From: Octopus vulgaris
Taxonomy: Eukaryota
Assembly (NCBI GenBank): GCA_951406725.2
Contig: OX597820.1
Span: 42,160,001-42,224,000 of the forward strand
Length of the DNA stretch: 64,000 nucleotides
Reading direction: 5' to 3'
Below are positions 59,526 to 64,000 of the stretch, piece by piece. How positions within the stretch are numbered: position 1 is the first letter of the stretch; each line of letters opens with the position of its first letter. A program made the position numbers and the translations under genes. The notes below the pieces were generated by a model. That model had not been told where the DNA came from and made no database searches. It saw nothing but the letters and a program-made list of their open reading frames with translations.

Positions 59526-60576
59526 TAAAACTGTTAAATCAGTCTCCACTTAGATCCAATCACCCACTGCGACCAATCTAAATGTACACCAGTCCAAGAA
59601 AATAACATGGGTGACTAGAGTATATGTGATACACGACTGCGTGATAGGATTGGCTATAACAATTTGAAAAGTACTTATGAACTTATGTCAATGAAAGAAA
59701 ACATATTCTTTTATTAACGATGTAGCTATTTGAATAGCTTAGGTGGGGTTTGCGGTAGATTACTTAGAGAATGGTTTCACATTTGTGACACAGTGACACA
59801 AAATCCGAAATACTGAGATTATCCAAGTAATTCATAGAGAGATATCTCTGTATACATGCCTTTCGTAACGTCAAAGAAAAAAAAGTATAACAAAAAAACA
59901 AATCAAAAGGAAAGAACTCCAATTCATATATGCGTCATTGCATGGCGGGGTGGGGTCATAATTCGACCCTCAGATTAACATCACCACCTGCTCTTTTGGT
60001 ACCTAGAGGGAAGTCCACTTTATTGCAAGTTATGTCACCGATTTGAGGATACATTCTCCCATCCTTCAACCCAATCATGGAGGCTCATTGGCAAAATCCT
60101 TCTCTTTTGACTGAGAGATAAGAAAAAGCGGCCTATCGTAAAAGGTGCACTAGTCATAATGAAACTTCTTTAGAACTTGTTTATATATGGAAACAATGAA
60201 CAAAATACCCATTTAAAAAAAAATATCGTAGGAGTGTATCCTGGACAATTTATCATCTATTCTTAGTAGAAGGAGAGACCATAAATTAGACCTCTTCTTG
60301 AATTATCTACAAGCATATATATATATACATATATATACATATAAGTAGTTAAGTGAATTATCCTAGTATGGATAATTCGGTTAACCGATACCCGGGTAGC
60401 AAATTTACGTCAGAAAACACAGTTGAAGCTACATGTCAAGGGCACAAATCACGTGCTTTCGTGTGAAAATTTGTGTGTTTTTTTACTATAAATAAATGAA
60501 AGAATGGAGTCAAACGACGATTTAAATCGTCGTTCGACTCCATTCTTTCATTTATTTATATATACATATATATATA

Positions 60577-60682
<106 letters not shown>

Positions 60683-61179
60683 CATGCACACACACACACA
60701 AACACAGAGAAAGAGAGAGCATATGAGGAGGTATTGTCAGGATGACTCAAACGAATAGCTATGCGTTCTGAATGCTCAAATAGGTGTGCCACTAAAATTC
60801 CAATGAGAACAGTAGTTGAAGTTGCTGTGGCATCTCTTTAAGCCAGTAGGTATAGGTTAAAGTAGTGAGGAAAGGCAAACAATTAGGCAGTGCAGGACAA
60901 GATAATCTACATTCATTTATTTCAATCTAAAATTTAGCTACATAACGGATGCTAAAATTAATACAAAACATTAAAGATAGTTGTCTGACAGCTGTTTCTG
61001 GGCTATCCCAGCTATTAGAGCATCGTATCGAGTGAAGACATCGTAAGTTGGGTCTTCCGTCATCGGAGAAATATTAGTTAGACAGTGGAAGAATGTTCCT
61101 CAACAATGATATTTGTGGTGATTCATTATGTCCAGGAGGGTGGGAAAGTCCAATTAAATCCACTTAGATTGTGTATAGA

Positions 61180-63210
61180 TGAATATATTAGCAGAAGCTG
61201 ACGCTAAATGATAACCGCTAACTTTAATCATATGAATTTTGTTTCGGTCTGGTTTTTTGGGGACTCTAACACTTCTAAAAATCCCCAGAGAGCTGAAATT
61301 TTCCTGTTGTAGTTTTGACATAGAGCTTTCCACAAAGGTATAGTATGTCAAGTTCAGATGATGATAAGTTGTACACAAACAATTAAACGAAAACATGAAA
61401 TTAAAAATTAGTTTTCAGTCAACGTACACTTTATTTACAGTACAAACGGTATTAAACAAATCAAAAAGGAATCGTATAGCATATGTATCATGCCAATATC
61501 AAATGATGTTCAAGATGTACTACTGTGGCCGGGCCTTCTCTATCACCTCGACATGATGTTGGTTGCCCTTCATAAACATCAGCCTCTGTAAGTTACCATC
61601 TGACAAGGTAGTTCTCTTGGCTCTCAAAATATCTTTGCCTATAGAGAATAGACGCTCAACTGCAGCATTGGATGGGATGGTGGTGTTATATTTGGTGAAT
61701 ATGTTGATCAAGACCTGATCACTCAAAAAGGCGACTTCAATCAGGATCTTCGAGACGGCCTCCATCCATGTCTTCACCAATTTCTGAGCCTTGGATTTTA
61801 TTGACCTGTGGCTCATGCTCTCCTAGAACCGAGTGATGGTGCTGAAGAGATCATCTTCCTTATCATAGTTGCTCTTGGTACTGCTGCTCCCCTCATTGGT
61901 TTCCATTAGGGCTGACTCTACGACGATATCCATTGGTTACTCTGCTAACCTGACTATTATTATACTGCTCCAGCCAGAACAGGCGTAACTTGGCTTGGAA
62001 GGTAGCGGTGAGTTGGTACTACAGATTTTCTAGGATCAGCCTAAACATCCGAGATAAAACTGGTCCTCTTCTGGATTTTATCCAAGGTTTTTGCAGCATT
62101 AGACATCATCTGGGCGTACTCCATCAGGAAGCCGACATCAGAATCAGTGAATGTCTGCAGCTTCAGCAGTGTCACCACCCTGAGGACAGCAGCCCCAATT
62201 CTTCTTCAGCAGAGTCAAGTACTGTGGAGGCCCACCAGTCTTCTCTTCAACACGTCCAGAATGCTGTCTGCCGCCACCGTGCTGCCTCTCTGTAGATTCC
62301 ACAGCCGTTGTGGCTTGGACATGGCCTTCTTGTACGCCGATTTGAATTAAGCGCTCTAAGAACCTTGTCAGCAGTCACGCTGGCTACCAGTGCAATTCAT
62401 GTGCCAGCAGCTTCGGCAGAAACTTCACCAATGCTGGGCTGGCGTGCTTGCTTTGCACATGCCTGCGATGACTGGCTACTGGTACTGCTACCAGAATTTT
62501 GTCTATGTTTCCTACGGGAAGAGCCAGCCTTGATCCTCTCTTCAAACTGGATTGCATGCGCTGGGTGTTTCCTCTTGACATGCAATTTCAAGTTGTAGAG
62601 TCTCACCGCTTAACGCTTGATGGTGGTCTCCTTAGGCTAGCACATGATGCACAGGAAGTACAGGATATCAGCTTTCCTCTTATCCCTTGATGTAAGGACT
62701 AAGTAGTCCTCCATGTGGGGTCACGGGTTCTGAGACTCTCGGCTCTCAACCTGAGTGACCTTTGCCTCACCCACAGCCGTTGCACGCGCCTCAGCAGGAC
62801 CTTCATTCTCTGGCCGAACAAAAACGTCTTTACCTTCCATAACGATGAGCGATAACTTGGTAAAACGATAACGTACACTGTTGTCGGTGACACTGTAAGA
62901 TCGTTTGTAATGTGACAACGTCGTAAGTGAACACAACTCAAAACTGCAGAATTAAACAATGCTACTCAGCTAGCCACTACTGGGTCGACCAGTCACATCT
63001 TATCACGTGCACATGTAGTTAGCCAATAGCGTACCTGACGGACTCTTCGAGACACGCCCACAACAGACAGGAATAAACGCATGAATTTGTTAGCTAACTT
63101 AAAGTTAGCGGAACTAAATTTAGCGGAAGCTAATTGGTGCCCTAACAGTTTCTAAAGTTATCGAGAACGCTAATTCGCTGAACAAAAAGTTAGCTTTACT
63201 AATGAGCTCT
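61180..63210 (-). mobile_element. Decayed, internally deleted hAT-family DNA transposon
   Basis: 61520-61816 encodes the hAT dimerisation motif IFTKYNTTIPSNAAVERLFSIGKDILRAKRTTLSDGNLQRLMFMKGN. ~62560-62715 encodes a BED zinc finger remnant (LCIMC...NLKLHVKRKHP), and ~62230-62335 YKKAMSKPQRLWNLQRGSTVAADSI. Clustered TTAGC/GCTAA subterminal motifs at 61188-61225 and 63090-63200. Ends approximate. Confidence 0.85.
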
Positions 63211-64000
63211 TATATATTCACTATACAGTTATATATTCGTTTGGAGGCACATATTTAGTAATTGATATTTTAATCATGCCAAGAAGGACCTAATATTTTC
63301 CACACTTCGTATAAACCATGGGTGTCTTGAAAATGCATGAAAATCCAATCTCCAAGGCTTAATTTAAATGGAAGGAGTGATGCCGTATATATATATACGG
63401 CGAACGTCTATTCTACGACTGACCATGTGATGTTATGCACAGTTGGACATTTTTTCGATAGTGACCTATATACCGAGGAAAATGTATTGCGAAATTTTAT
63501 GATTTTTAGTGAGTGATTATGTTGAACGCATTCTCTGTTTATGGACTATTAGCCCTTAGTGTATTGTTATTGTCTAATTATATTATATTATGATATACTA
63601 AGACTTCCATTGGTATTTACTATTAAGGAAGCAATTATATGGTGTTATGAAATTGCAAGACAAGCTTTTAGAGGTTAAACAGTTAACTGAGCTTGGAAAT
63701 ATATTACAGCAAGAATAGCTTGCATTAATCAAGTTTGAAAATGTTGAAAATATGTATGATTCATCGGATAATGAAAAGAAATTAAATTTATGAAATCATT
63801 AGCATTAAATGTTCACACATTAAAGCAATAAATTTGACTGAACCGCAAAATATTTCTTCAAATATTTCTAAGTTTTGCAAATATTAGATACGTTTGAGTA
63901 TTGCATGTTGCCTGAAAATTGTGTATCGTCAAGAGCCTAATTAAATAAATACTAAGGAATATAATACATTGAAAGATTTTTTTTTAAATCTCAACCTTAT

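Overview
AT-rich eukaryotic genomic DNA saturated with (TA)n, (CA)n, (TATC)n, (TACA)n and (TAA)n microsatellites. The repeat landscape suggests a coleoid cephalopod, probably Octopus (inference). There are no prokaryotic operons, CRISPR arrays or rRNA genes, and most track ORFs are microsatellite translation artefacts. One host gene is recognisable: the N-terminal exon of a NOL4/NOL4L-like gene on the minus strand (47432-47665, phase-0 GTAAGT donor). I did not find its next conserved exon, so 1-47431 is probably one very long intron; it holds a candidate alternative first coding exon at 11254-11337. The rest is transposable-element material. This includes a stack of (TAA)n-flanked R4/Dong-like non-LTR retrotransposons (52.8-56.6 kb, one with an unbroken 505-codon frame), an internally deleted Dong-like derivative (12.5-13.4 kb), CR1/L2-like LINE 3' ends, three tRNA-derived SINE families, a SINE-interrupted mariner, a decayed hAT, a MITE and degenerate hammerhead-like motifs. 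Several short local duplications and fold-backs are also present. I cannot support a wholly new biological system. The best leads are the alternative NOL4 exon, the trinucleotide island upstream of NOL4, and the SINE/Dong microsatellite-targeting relationships. Repeat boundaries were read by eye and are approximate.
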